From IMG/VR virus record IMGVR_UViG_3300002162_000001, positions 62,001 through 121,966 of that record: a stretch of DNA of 59,966 bases; one strand, 5' to 3'. The notes below the pieces were generated by a model, which had not been told where the DNA came from, did not search any database, and saw nothing but the letters and a program-made list of their open reading frames with translations. The translations under genes and the position numbers were made by a program. This document shows positions 20,381-30,039 of the stretch, in pieces. Each line of letters starts with the position of its first letter. Position 1 is the first letter of the stretch. This DNA comes from an uncultured virus (IMG/VR IMGVR_UViG_3300002162_000001). Lineage: Duplodnaviria > Heunggongvirae > Uroviricota > Caudoviricetes.

Positions 20381-23185
20381 ATGATTAATAGACAACTTTT
20401 CACAATGAAATTTAATTCATCAAGACTTAAAAAGTATAATTATGATATAAAAATTGATTATGAGCAAGCTCTTGATAACGGGGAAATAATTCAACTTGCA
20501 GATAATCAGATATTAAGAAGTATACGAGATGTTATTACAACAAAAGACACAGAAGGAACTAAAGATAGAATATTAGATAGAGATTTATTAGAAACGTTCT
20601 ATTCTGAATTAGAATCTATAAGAAGAAAGAAAAGTTCAGATGGAAATGTTAAAATTGCAAAAATAATTAAGGGTAAAATAAATAAAATGTGTTTTATTCC
20701 TGAATATATAACAATAGTGATTGAAGATGAGTCTCATTATGATTATTTATACGAAAAGGGATTAACTATAAATGGCGTTAGCTTTTTTAGATTATCAACC
20801 TCTGCTGGACAAGGTAGAGTTTCAACTGTAGTATTTTGTTCCTTTACAATATTAGAATCTGTAAATAATATCTTAGATAATGGGAGAGATAAAAATAAAA
20901 AGTTCTCCCCTTCTAAGTTTAATGCATACAAAGGTACTTATGGATCGGCGACTAAGGTTGTTACTACTCCTAGATTCTGCGTAGTGCCAGATTATGATTC
21001 AGAAGTTACCTTTAAAGTAAACTGGGTTACTGAAACAGATGGAGAACAAGATGATCTAATAGAAGAGAAAATTATTACTAAAAAGTTTAATAGATGGGAT
21101 GGAATGGGGTTAATAAGCCCTGACATGGCATTACAATGGTCTAAGGATTTAGACTTAGATTATATACCTTCCCAATTTTGTACTCGTCAGAGCTTTCTAA
21201 AAGGTATGTTCTGTGTATTCCCTTTTCATGAGTTCTGTGAGTTAAAGAATAATAAAAACTACACTGTAAAATCGGTCTATAAGGATAAAGATGGAAATGA
21301 CATTGAAATTGACTTAAAAGATATTGATGTTATTGTGACTGAGGGGCAATTTAAGCTGTGGGATTCATATACCAGTGTAGAATCTTATAAAGAAAATTGT
21401 ATTAAGAACAATTTGAAATGGGGAGTATCTTTATATACTGACAAACAATTAAACAATACTTTGAAGATGAATTATCAGTTTCTCCAGGCATTAGATGTTA
21501 AGCTAGAAGATATTCCACAGTTGTGCAGCTTATTTGAGAATTGGATAAAAGGAGTTAATGCAGATAACATTTGGTATGTATTGTTATTCTTAATGGGTGT
21601 CAAAGTTACTGAATCTTCCATAGAAAACTACTTTAAGCACAGTACAAATTACTGGGTAAAGAGCTTGATTGTCAATCATGATTTAATTAATGATAAATTC
21701 ATAAAAACTAAGATATACAACCTAATTAAAACAAAAATTGATAATGGGTGTATGGGTTCAATAATTTTAGAGGGGAATAATCAAACAATCGTATCAGATC
21801 CTTATGCGATGATGGAATATTTATGTGGACAAGAAGTAAAGGGATTACTAGAATCTAATAGATATTATTCTAATTACTGGAATGAAAAAGGAGTTACTGA
21901 AGTAGTCGGAATGAGGCCACCTTTAACGTATAGATCAGAATGTGTAAAGATGCAACTAGATAATGCTGAGGAACAAAAGTTTTGGTATAGATATTCCTAT
22001 GGTGGAATTATAGTAAATGTTCATGGGCATGAAACCGATAATTGGGCAGGAAGCGATTTTGATTTTGATTTTCTAAGTACAACTTCTAATACAATTGTTA
22101 GGAAATCAGTGTTTAATAATGAATATCCAGTATGTTATGAAGCTCCTAAGCCTAAAAAGATTATATTTACAGAGGAAGACTTGTTTAAATCAGATAAATT
22201 TACATTTGGTTCTAAGATAGGAGCTATTACAAATAAAAGTACAACCGGACATGCTTTATTAAATACATTTGAGCAGTTATATGGCAAAGACAGTCGTGAG
22301 TATTTAGTAACACTAGACAGAATAAAGATGTGTACTAAATTACAGTCAGCTCAAATAGACAAGGCCAAGATAGGAAAAGAAGTAAAAGGTATTCCTAAAT
22401 TATGGCATGATAGAAAATATATAAGTGAATTAGATATTCCAGAGGAGGAAAAAGATTTCTTTAAGAAGATTATGCTGGATAGATACCCATATTTCTTTAT
22501 TCATTTATATCCTGATACTAAGAGGAGTTATAAAAGTCATGTGGAAGGCTATGACCTCTCTAGTAGACACAAATTCGGAATAGGAATAGTAGAGTTGCTT
22601 GAAAAAATTGATAAGACCGAGGAAGAGGAGTCTTATATACAGGCATATTACAAGTATATGCCTGTAATATGTGGAGATGGAGTAATGAATAATATCTGCA
22701 AGCATATTGAGAGTGTAAATTTCAACATTAAAAGTAGTATTCAGAAATCAACTACTAAAGATATTCATTTAATACTAATGAGGAATGAAAATCTATCAGA
22801 CTTAGAGACATATGAATTGATATTAGGTGAGTATAAAAATATGAATAGTGAAATAAGAAAACTTAATAACATCAAGAACAATTCAATAAAAAATAAGTAC
22901 GATGAGAGTATGTCTACTGAGGTTAACAAAATCTATGAAAAATTTAAAACAAAAATGAGTAAAATCTGTTCTGATATATATGAACTCACAGATTACTTAA
23001 TTAAAATATTTTATGTTGATTTTCCAAATTCAAATAAGGATTTATTATGGAATACTTACGGAGATTGTATCTTCAAAAATATAAAAGATAAAAATTTGAA
23101 TGAGGTGCTGTTCCCTGTTCCTGATAAAGAAGGCACTATAGATTACTTAGAAGATAAATTCTTATTGAAGGAGGTTGTTATATAA
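20381..23185 (+). CDS. YonO-like single-subunit two-barrel RNA polymerase
   Basis: SAGQGR, WDGMG, RQSFLKG, QFK, RPP, GSDFDFD, IGAITN, QIDKAK motifs of the YonO/RdRP-like family; upstream of yonK/yonJ-like and morphogenesis genes as in SPbeta. Confidence 0.88.
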   Translation: MINRQLFTMKFNSSRLKKYNYDIKIDYEQALDNGEIIQLADNQILRSIRDVITTKDTEGTKDRILDRDLLETFYSELESIRRKKSSDGNVKIAKIIKGKINKMCFIPEYITIVIEDESHYDYLYEKGLTINGVSFFRLSTSAGQGRVSTVVFCSFTILESVNNILDNGRDKNKKFSPSKFNAYKGTYGSATKVVTTPRFCVVPDYDSEVTFKVNWVTETDGEQDDLIEEKIITKKFNRWDGMGLISPDMALQWSKDLDLDYIPSQFCTRQSFLKGMFCVFPFHEFCELKNNKNYTVKSVYKDKDGNDIEIDLKDIDVIVTEGQFKLWDSYTSVESYKENCIKNNLKWGVSLYTDKQLNNTLKMNYQFLQALDVKLEDIPQLCSLFENWIKGVNADNIWYVLLFLMGVKVTESSIENYFKHSTNYWVKSLIVNHDLINDKFIKTKIYNLIKTKIDNGCMGSIILEGNNQTIVSDPYAMMEYLCGQEVKGLLESNRYYSNYWNEKGVTEVVGMRPPLTYRSECVKMQLDNAEEQKFWYRYSYGGIIVNVHGHETDNWAGSDFDFDFLSTTSNTIVRKSVFNNEYPVCYEAPKPKKIIFTEEDLFKSDKFTFGSKIGAITNKSTTGHALLNTFEQLYGKDSREYLVTLDRIKMCTKLQSAQIDKAKIGKEVKGIPKLWHDRKYISELDIPEEEKDFFKKIMLDRYPYFFIHLYPDTKRSYKSHVEGYDLSSRHKFGIGIVELLEKIDKTEEEESYIQAYYKYMPVICGDGVMNNICKHIESVNFNIKSSIQKSTTKDIHLILMRNENLSDLETYELILGEYKNMNSEIRKLNNIKNNSIKNKYDESMSTEVNKIYEKFKTKMSKICSDIYELTDYLIKIFYVDFPNSNKDLLWNTYGDCIFKNIKDKNLNEVLFPVPDKEGTIDYLEDKFLLKEVVI

Positions 23186-23982
23186 TGAAATATAAATATA
23201 ATGAAAAAGAATACGGTAAAGCGATGTTTGAGAATGGGTTTCAGAGTGACTTTATAAGATATGAACTAGTGGTATTAGTTAAATACCTAAAGTTCATAGA
23301 TTATAAGAAGAAAGATACTGAGGTATTCCTATATAGTTTCTGCGAGAAGTATATTCCCTCTTTTAATAAGGTAAAGTATTATAAAGTTATTGATGGAGCT
23401 ATACGAGATGGAAGGAGAAGAGATAATAAACTCATTGAGGTTAAAGAAATTACTTTAATGAAAAATGAAATGGAATATATAGACGGTTTAGATATAGATC
23501 AGGAATATAAGAAACTGCTGCTGGGATTTTTAGTAAGGAAGAAAATTGCATTAGCTATAAATCAAATAAATAATAGTGATGCTAAATTATCTACATATTT
23601 CGGAGGAGGTAAAAAAGGATTTAGAGAAATATTTATCTCTTCCAATATAAAGAGTGGATATAAGATTGATGAAATGATAACTACTTTAGTTAGAAAAGGA
23701 ATTGTAATTTCAGTTATTAAAGGAGATATAGTTTTAGAATATATAAATCAAATCCCAGAAGGAGGAGAAGTTTATGAAGTAATTAAAGATTTTGATAATA
23801 TAGGATGGGTATTTGATTATTACAAGGGAGTAAACAATATCGGCAAGTGTCAAGAGTGTGGGCAACTGATGCAGATACGAGGAAAATATAAATTGTATTG
23901 CACTGACTGCGGAAAAGAGAAAGAAAAAACAAGGAAAAGAGAATGGAAGAGAAATAGTAAAGATATTGGTAGCGAAGTTTGA
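23185..23982 (+). CDS. RNAP-coupled protein with C-terminal zinc finger
   Basis: TAATG overlap with the RNAP stop; CQEC...YCTDC. Confidence 0.8.
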   Translation: MKYKYNEKEYGKAMFENGFQSDFIRYELVVLVKYLKFIDYKKKDTEVFLYSFCEKYIPSFNKVKYYKVIDGAIRDGRRRDNKLIEVKEITLMKNEMEYIDGLDIDQEYKKLLLGFLVRKKIALAINQINNSDAKLSTYFGGGKKGFREIFISSNIKSGYKIDEMITTLVRKGIVISVIKGDIVLEYINQIPEGGEVYEVIKDFDNIGWVFDYYKGVNNIGKCQECGQLMQIRGKYKLYCTDCGKEKEKTRKREWKRNSKDIGSEV

Positions 23983-24364
23983 AATCACCATAACTGTTGA
24001 TATGACTACGTTTGTGGGATATTGTATTTTTTTGTTATATGAAGTATAAAAGTAATAAATACTTCGTTGAAACGTCCCACAGCTGAACATTAACCTATAT
24101 GGTTTAAGTAAAATTAAGAGAGCTTTGCATGGGATGTTTTATTTTTTAAGGTTCATACTAAATAGTATTGTATGGTTGAAGCCGATTATTGCAATCCGAC
24201 TTACCTTGCACAGTCTGGTACACTTGGACGTTAAACTGGTGGCTTATATTCATAGTAGTTATTTATGAGGAGACATTGATCTCCTCTAGCTACTATATAT
24301 TTTTTTTATTCATAATAAATAGTATTGTGTAATAATTTATAGGAGTAAAGGAGACGTATTAAAA

Positions 24365-24556
24365 ATGGTAAAGGTAGAACAAAACACAACTGTAAAATTT
24401 TCAGCAAAGGGTGAACTAGTTTCAATTGATGTTGATGGTATAAGAGTTAAAGATTTAAAAGAAGGAACAATTGATCTGATTTCATTTGAAAATGTAAGAG
24501 CATCAATGATTGGTAAGGAAATTACGCTAACTTTTCAAAATAAAGAAGAAGTTTAA
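24365..24556 (+). CDS. YonK-like protein
   Basis: 63 aa, FSAKGEL...GKEITLTF; upstream of the YonJ-like gene. Confidence 0.65.
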   Translation: MVKVEQNTTVKFSAKGELVSIDVDGIRVKDLKEGTIDLISFENVRASMIGKEITLTFQNKEEV

Positions 24557-24622
24557 AAATATAGGCAAGAGCTGCTGAGATAGCATTCTCCTTTGCCTTA
24601 TTAATTTTTTTGAAATATAAGG

Positions 24623-26155
24623 ATGGAGGAGAAAAGTATTATGGAGGAAGTAAATTTAATAGATAGATTAGAAAATGAAGCTGACTTTGAATATAAATTA
24701 AGACTATGTAGTCTTAAATTAAATAAAGAAATAGATTTAGATTGGTCTGAGATCGTAGAACTTTTAGGACTCACAATTTCTAGTGACCATTTACGTAAGT
24801 TATCTTATGGGTACAAAGAATGTGAACAGTACTTGAGAGACACTAGATATGTTGAAGCTGAGACTTTAGCAGATCATATTGAAAGAGAAAATATTTCAAA
24901 TCCTAAATCTGAAGATGTAGTTCGTCTAACAGATGAAGAAGATCATATTCAGGTAATGGATATGGGAGATAAATTTCATATCTATAATAGAAAGAGAAGC
25001 ATAGTAATTGATAAAGAAAAGGTTAAGAAGATTAAAGAGATGTACTGTGATAAGACCCCTTTGACCGTCAATGAATTATGCAGAAAGCTAGATATTGCTA
25101 GAAGAGATTTCATGCTACTCAAGCAAGGATTGTCTATTTGTCATTCAGATGTTCCTTATCTTGATGAAGACATTCAAGAGGATAAATTGGGTGGATTAGT
25201 TGAAGAAACATTAGAAAGACGTAAAGAAAAGTATTTTCTAAAACTTCAACAGGAAGAAATTAAGCAAATGGAAACTGAGTTGACAGCATATAGGAAACAG
25301 GATTATTTATTTGATAAGATTTCTAGTGCTATAAATGACATTAAGATTGAGCCGGTTAAATATTCTGTGAACATAGTTAAAAAGTCTAAGGTTAGAGAAG
25401 GTTTATTAGATTGTATGGATCAGCACTTAGGATTATGGAGTGATAACTATTGGAATAAATATTCTGTAGCTGAAGCTGAGAGAAGATTTGAAATATTAAC
25501 TAAAGAAGTCATTGAATTTTGTGCTGAAACCGGAGTAACCATATTGCATGTAAGTTCTTTGGGTGATGCAATAAACGGTCTAATTCATACATCTTTAAGG
25601 TTAGAATCTGAAATTAATGTGGTAGAACAAATTAAATTAGCTACTAGATTAATGGGTAAAATGTTAAAGGAATTTGCTTTGGTATTTGATAAAGTTGTTT
25701 ATGCTGACGTAGCCGGAAATCATGGTAGAATGATGCCTTCAAAATCAGAATCAGATGATAAAGAAAATTTTGAATATCTTATTAGTTTTGCATTAGGACT
25801 TATGCTCCAAAATGAAGAAAAAATAGTATTTGAGGATAATTTTTATGATGAAGGAATTATTGTAAAGCATATTGCTGGAGTTACTGTTATAGAAGCTCAT
25901 GGTGATTCAGATAAGATGGAAAAAGCTGCTAGTACATTACCTTTAATGACAGAAGCTTCTAGTGAAATCCACTTAGGCCATACCCACTCAAATAAGAGTA
26001 TAGAGCAAAATTGTATTGAGGTATTTGTGGGACGTAGTTTTTCAGGTGTGGACTCTTATGCAAAAAATTTGAGATTGACTTCAAAGGCCGGCCAGAAATT
26101 ATTTATATATGAAGATGGAAAAAGAATATTTATACACGATGTAGTTTTTAATTAA
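24623..26155 (+). CDS. YonJ-like calcineurin-type metallophosphoesterase
   Basis: DQH, GD, GNHGR, HGD, GHTH motifs. Confidence 0.85.
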   Translation: MEEKSIMEEVNLIDRLENEADFEYKLRLCSLKLNKEIDLDWSEIVELLGLTISSDHLRKLSYGYKECEQYLRDTRYVEAETLADHIERENISNPKSEDVVRLTDEEDHIQVMDMGDKFHIYNRKRSIVIDKEKVKKIKEMYCDKTPLTVNELCRKLDIARRDFMLLKQGLSICHSDVPYLDEDIQEDKLGGLVEETLERRKEKYFLKLQQEEIKQMETELTAYRKQDYLFDKISSAINDIKIEPVKYSVNIVKKSKVREGLLDCMDQHLGLWSDNYWNKYSVAEAERRFEILTKEVIEFCAETGVTILHVSSLGDAINGLIHTSLRLESEINVVEQIKLATRLMGKMLKEFALVFDKVVYADVAGNHGRMMPSKSESDDKENFEYLISFALGLMLQNEEKIVFEDNFYDEGIIVKHIAGVTVIEAHGDSDKMEKAASTLPLMTEASSEIHLGHTHSNKSIEQNCIEVFVGRSFSGVDSYAKNLRLTSKAGQKLFIYEDGKRIFIHDVVFN

Positions 26156-26225
26156 ATAATCAATAGTATTATGAACCGATATTTCGATATCGCTAGTGAG
26201 TAAAAGTTATCTCTTTGAATTAAGT

Positions 26226-26560
26226 TTACCCCACACTTGGTCGTGCTAATCTAGCACATTCTGACCGGAAAGCGGTGATCCTGATTTCTATTAATAATTC
26301 AATGCGTATATCTAACGCAAAGGTGTCCTCCGAGAGTAACGGGGACGTTAATATGTAGAATATTACTCGTGTGTAAGTCTGCCAAGTGAAAGCGTAAAGA
26401 CCGAGGTTCCTCGCTCTAAGGCACAATAGAAATATAGGGTATTGAGGATAGAGGGAAGGTTAACTATCGCCCTTGCTTTGTAAAGGTACTGACCTCTTGT
26501 AAGACAGTCGAAGCAAGTTCGGAGATGTGGAAATAACCGTTCCACCTTGTCCTATATTTA
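26226..26560 (+). ncRNA. unidentified large structured RNA upstream of the tRNA cluster
   Basis: GC-richer than flanks; many helices (26243-48/26252-57, 26325-32/26340-46, 26402-06/26409-13, 26472-78/26511-17, 26527-32/26540-45, 26430-39/26550-59); no credible ORF. Confidence 0.6.
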
Positions 26561-26631
26561 TTATTAAATAATGTTCTAACCCTAGTTATATCAACGGTTT
26601 AGAGTATAAAAGGTAGATTTTAAAAGAATTT

Positions 26632-26744
26632 AATGTGGTGGCGAAATGGTAGACGCAAGACGGTGGTCAGCCGTGCTTAATAGACGTTCGACTCGTCGTA
26701 GATAGTGGTGTTCTTAGTTGTAGGTTCAACTCCTACTCACATTG
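26632..26744 (+). ncRNA. tRNA-like RNA with expanded central domain, no standard anticodon arm
   Basis: Acceptor AATGTGG/TCACATT, Leu-type D arm GCGAAATGGTAGACGC, T arm GTAGG-TTCAACT-CCTAC; ~60 nt between D and T arms. Confidence 0.7.
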
Positions 26745-26757
26745 ATTTTTTATTTAT

Positions 26758-26841
26758 AGAGAGATATGTAAGTGGTTAAAACAGATTGTCTGCAAAACAA
26801 TTGCTTAGGCTTCATGGGTTCAACTCCCATTCTCTCTTCCA
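26758..26841 (+). tRNA. tRNA-Cys(GCA) with long variable arm
   Basis: AGAGAGA/TCTCTCT, ATTGT-ctGCAaa-ACAAT, U73, encoded CCA. Confidence 0.85.
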
Positions 26842-26847
26842 TAACTT

Positions 26848-26921
26848 GGAATGTTAGCTCAATGGCCGAGCATCTGGTTGAAGCCCAGAGGATAGTAGTC
26901 CGATTCTATTACGTTCCACCA
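26848..26921 (+). tRNA. tRNA-Phe(GAA)
   Basis: GGAATGT/ACGTTCC, TCTGG-ttGAAgc-CCAGA, CCA; atypical T loop TCCGATT. Confidence 0.8.
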
Positions 26922-26976
26922 CGATAGGCTTGTAAGTACGCTTCAATTGAAGGAACTTTCACCCCCCCCTTAATAT

Positions 26977-27050
26977 GCGAGACTCGTCTAATGGAAAGAC
27001 AAGAGCTTCCAACACTCTTGATGTGAGTTCGATTCTTACGTTTCGTGCCA
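26977..27050 (+). tRNA. tRNA-Trp(CCA), alternative reading Gly(TCC)
   Basis: Cloverleaf with G73 and CCA; canonical register gives ttCCAac loop with a C31-A39 mismatch. Confidence 0.65.
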
Positions 27051-27098
27051 TTTAGGTTTCTTTATATATTTATACCGTTGAAGAAAGTAAACTATTAT

Positions 27099-27174
27099 GC
27101 TTCCTTAGCACAATTGGTAGTGCGTCTGATTTGTAATCAGGAGGTTATAGGTTCAAGTCCTATAGGAAGCTCCA
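27099..27174 (+). tRNA. tRNA-Thr(TGT)
   Basis: GCTTCCT/AGGAAGC, TCTGA-ttTGTaa-TCAGG, GGTTCAAGTCC, CCA. Confidence 0.93.
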
Positions 27175-27316
27175 AATAGAACCATATTTACACTAGTCTT
27201 ATACCGGTGAAATTATCACTATAATTCTGTATGTATACAGATGAATCCGAGGTCGAGTTGAAATAACAATAGTACTGGATTATTTTAATATTAAACGATA
27301 TTGTAGTGCAAATTCA

Positions 27317-27345
27317 AGAAGCTATTTAAATTATGGCTTCTTTTT
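27317..27345 (+). terminator. intrinsic terminator after tRNA cluster
   Basis: GAAGCTAT...ATGGCTTC hairpin followed by T run. Confidence 0.55.
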
Positions 27346-27374
27346 AATTTACAAAAAAAATAAGGAAGAGAGGG

Positions 27375-28244
27375 GTGATTGATGTGGCAAGACCAACAGA
27401 AAAAGTATGTCCTAGTTGTGGTAAAAAGAAAAGATTTTCAGAATATTATGTACATAGAAGATTTGATAAAGAGTACGGTTGTGACCCAATCTGCAAGGTA
27501 TGTTCAAAAGCTATGGCAACTACAAAAGAAGGTTTAGTAAATTATTGTAGTACCACGTCAAGGCCATTTTTAGAAGATCTTTGGAAATGGTGTGAAGATA
27601 AAACTGCTGAAAAATTTGATAAAGATGTATCTTATACTTCATTGACAGAAATTCAGCAACAAAAGAAATTACTAGCAAGAGTTATAAGCACCTATTTTGG
27701 GCAACAGGGACAATCTCAGTGGTACTCCTTCACAGGAACTGAAATATTCAAAGATGAGAAAGTAGGACAATTTGAAGATGACGAAAATACTGATAATTCA
27801 GATCCAGATGAAAAGAAATATTCGTCTAAATTTGGAGGAGACTTCACTGATGAGGAATTAGCTTATTTAAATAAACAATATGACGGAGCCTTAAAAGATT
27901 ATGGGCTTAAGACAACGAATGATTTTGAGTATGCTATGAATGTTGCCGTTGCAGGACTAATTGTACGTAAAACAAGAAAAGATTATTTGAACGGTGTAGT
28001 AGGGGCAGACAAAAAATACAAAGAATCTGTCGCAATCTATGATTCTCTATGCTCATCTGCAAAACTCAACCAAAAGACACGCTCAAATAATGATGTGGCC
28101 GGATTAGGTTCTCTAAGTGAAATTGTAGCTAAGTTGGAGCAAACAGGATTTCTTCAGAAGAAGATAATATTTGAGAAGGATGATGTTGATAAAATCAATG
28201 CCGATATGAGACATGTTTTAGTTAGTTTGAGTGGTGATAGCTAA
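27375..28244 (+). CDS. putative terminase small subunit (YonG-like)
   Basis: N-terminal CxxC..CxxC; coupled to the large terminase. Confidence 0.65.
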   Translation: MIDVARPTEKVCPSCGKKKRFSEYYVHRRFDKEYGCDPICKVCSKAMATTKEGLVNYCSTTSRPFLEDLWKWCEDKTAEKFDKDVSYTSLTEIQQQKKLLARVISTYFGQQGQSQWYSFTGTEIFKDEKVGQFEDDENTDNSDPDEKKYSSKFGGDFTDEELAYLNKQYDGALKDYGLKTTNDFEYAMNVAVAGLIVRKTRKDYLNGVVGADKKYKESVAIYDSLCSSAKLNQKTRSNNDVAGLGSLSEIVAKLEQTGFLQKKIIFEKDDVDKINADMRHVLVSLSGDS

Positions 28245-29998
28245 TGGCAAGAAATTTTTCCAAACAGAAACAAGCTAAACAATTTAGGACAGATATTAAT
28301 GGAGATAGCCCAGATAGTCATAAGGTTACAAAACAAAGTGAGCTTGAAAATCCAGAGGAATGGGAGAAATTAATAAGTTTTTACCGTCAGCATATAGATA
28401 TTTTTATCGAGGAATATTTCTCAACCGAAGAAAGACCAGTTGAATTAAAAGATGTGCAAAAGATAGTCGCAAGATGCTGTGGGACATGTACAAATGTTAT
28501 AGATATTGAGTCACGTTCTTTTGGTAAGACATGGAAAATGGCATGGATACTAAGTGCACTGTCTATTTTATACAGTGATAACCGAATTTTGGTAGTATCA
28601 GGAAATGTTTCTCAAGCAATGTTAGTTGCAAATTATATCAGAGATATTGCTAACAAAAATGTCAATTTTGCGAGAGAATTAATTTTGCCAATTAGAATTG
28701 GTAAGGATGGTGCAACAGTTAAATTCAAAAACAACTCTACTATAGTTTGTAAGGCTATGGAAAAAGATGGAAAAAACATAGTTGGGTTGAGAGAAAAAAT
28801 TATTTATATTGATGAGAGTTGGCTAATAAAATCCACTGTAATTCAAAAAGCTTTAAGACCAATGTTATCTTACACCAGAGATGTTGCAAGAGAACAAAAA
28901 TTTGAAGATTTCGATTCTAAATTGTTTGAAACTTCCTCGGCCTATTTAAAAACATGTGACTTATACGGAAGATTTGTGGATAACATTAATGACATGAAAA
29001 AAGGCAATATGAATAAATTTGCATGTGCTTTAAATTATAAAGCTGGAATCAGAACTGGTATTATTAAAAAGGAATTTGTAGAGGAAGAAAAAGCTGGTAT
29101 GCTTGAAAGTGTTTTTTCAATGGAGTGGAATGCCCAGTTTATTGGAAATCAAAATGGTTCGTTCTTTCCATACGACTTGACGGAGCCTTGTAGAGATATG
29201 AAATCCATAGAATTAAAGCAGCCAGCTCATTCAAAGTCAAGATACATACTCTCATTGGATGTAGCAACTTCTGACGCTGATGGTGCAGATAATGCTAGTT
29301 TAATAGTAACAAAGTTTGTTGAAAAAAATGATGGAACATTTCATAAGTATGTTGTTTTTATGAGAACATTTCATGGATATGGGCAAGAAAAGTTAGCAGA
29401 GGAAGTCAGAAAAGCATGTCTTAGATTTCCTAATATCGAATCCACGATCATAGACGGAAATGCCATCGGTGAAGGTGTGGTCAGTTTACTTAATTTCCCT
29501 TATGTATATGATAATGTGGAGTACAAGCCATTTGTAAGAGATGATATTAGTTATACTGGCACGAATGCTATTCCAATTGTTAGATTCTTTCGTGGAAGTA
29601 ATGATATTAATAATAAAATGGTTGCAAAAACCAAATTATATTTTGAAAATGGAACACTACATTTTTGTATTCCATCATCAGAAGCGAGAAAATCACAGCA
29701 AGATTCTTATGATGGTTCAAATAAAAAGGACATATTAAAGCCAAGAGAATTATTAATTGAAGAAATGGCAGTATATTTTGAAGGTGATAAACTTCAATTT
29801 GAATTGAGTACCATCGTCACAAAGTTTACAGCAAAAGGTAGTGATTACTATGATACAGCCTTAACCACTCAGCACAAAGATAGATGTTCTTCTCTTTGGA
29901 TGGCGATGGATTACATCTCACAATTAGAAGATAAAAATAGAGAAAACTATAATAACAATTCAGGAGATGAATGTTGGGGAATGGCTACAAGTTGGTAG
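28244..29998 (+). CDS. terminase large subunit
   Basis: SRSFGKT Walker A, IIYIDE Walker B, LSLDVA and HKDR nuclease motifs. Confidence 0.92.
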   Translation: MARNFSKQKQAKQFRTDINGDSPDSHKVTKQSELENPEEWEKLISFYRQHIDIFIEEYFSTEERPVELKDVQKIVARCCGTCTNVIDIESRSFGKTWKMAWILSALSILYSDNRILVVSGNVSQAMLVANYIRDIANKNVNFARELILPIRIGKDGATVKFKNNSTIVCKAMEKDGKNIVGLREKIIYIDESWLIKSTVIQKALRPMLSYTRDVAREQKFEDFDSKLFETSSAYLKTCDLYGRFVDNINDMKKGNMNKFACALNYKAGIRTGIIKKEFVEEEKAGMLESVFSMEWNAQFIGNQNGSFFPYDLTEPCRDMKSIELKQPAHSKSRYILSLDVATSDADGADNASLIVTKFVEKNDGTFHKYVVFMRTFHGYGQEKLAEEVRKACLRFPNIESTIIDGNAIGEGVVSLLNFPYVYDNVEYKPFVRDDISYTGTNAIPIVRFFRGSNDINNKMVAKTKLYFENGTLHFCIPSSEARKSQQDSYDGSNKKDILKPRELLIEEMAVYFEGDKLQFELSTIVTKFTAKGSDYYDTALTTQHKDRCSSLWMAMDYISQLEDKNRENYNNNSGDECWGMATSW

Positions 29999-30039
29999 CT
30001 CATAATAAATAGTATTATACCCATGAAGGAGGTGAATAT

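Noticed and set aside
26226..26545. Two minus-strand ORFs of 66 and 60 aa
   Set aside because: Antisense to the operon, no RBS, explained by GC-rich structured RNA
26341..26560. tmRNA (GGGGACGTTA resembles a tmRNA 5' end)
   Set aside because: No following GGATTCGAC, no tag ORF and no T-arm/CCA end
27238..27265. Hammerhead-like CAGATGA...GAAA
   Set aside because: Core mismatch and stems not in hammerhead arrangement
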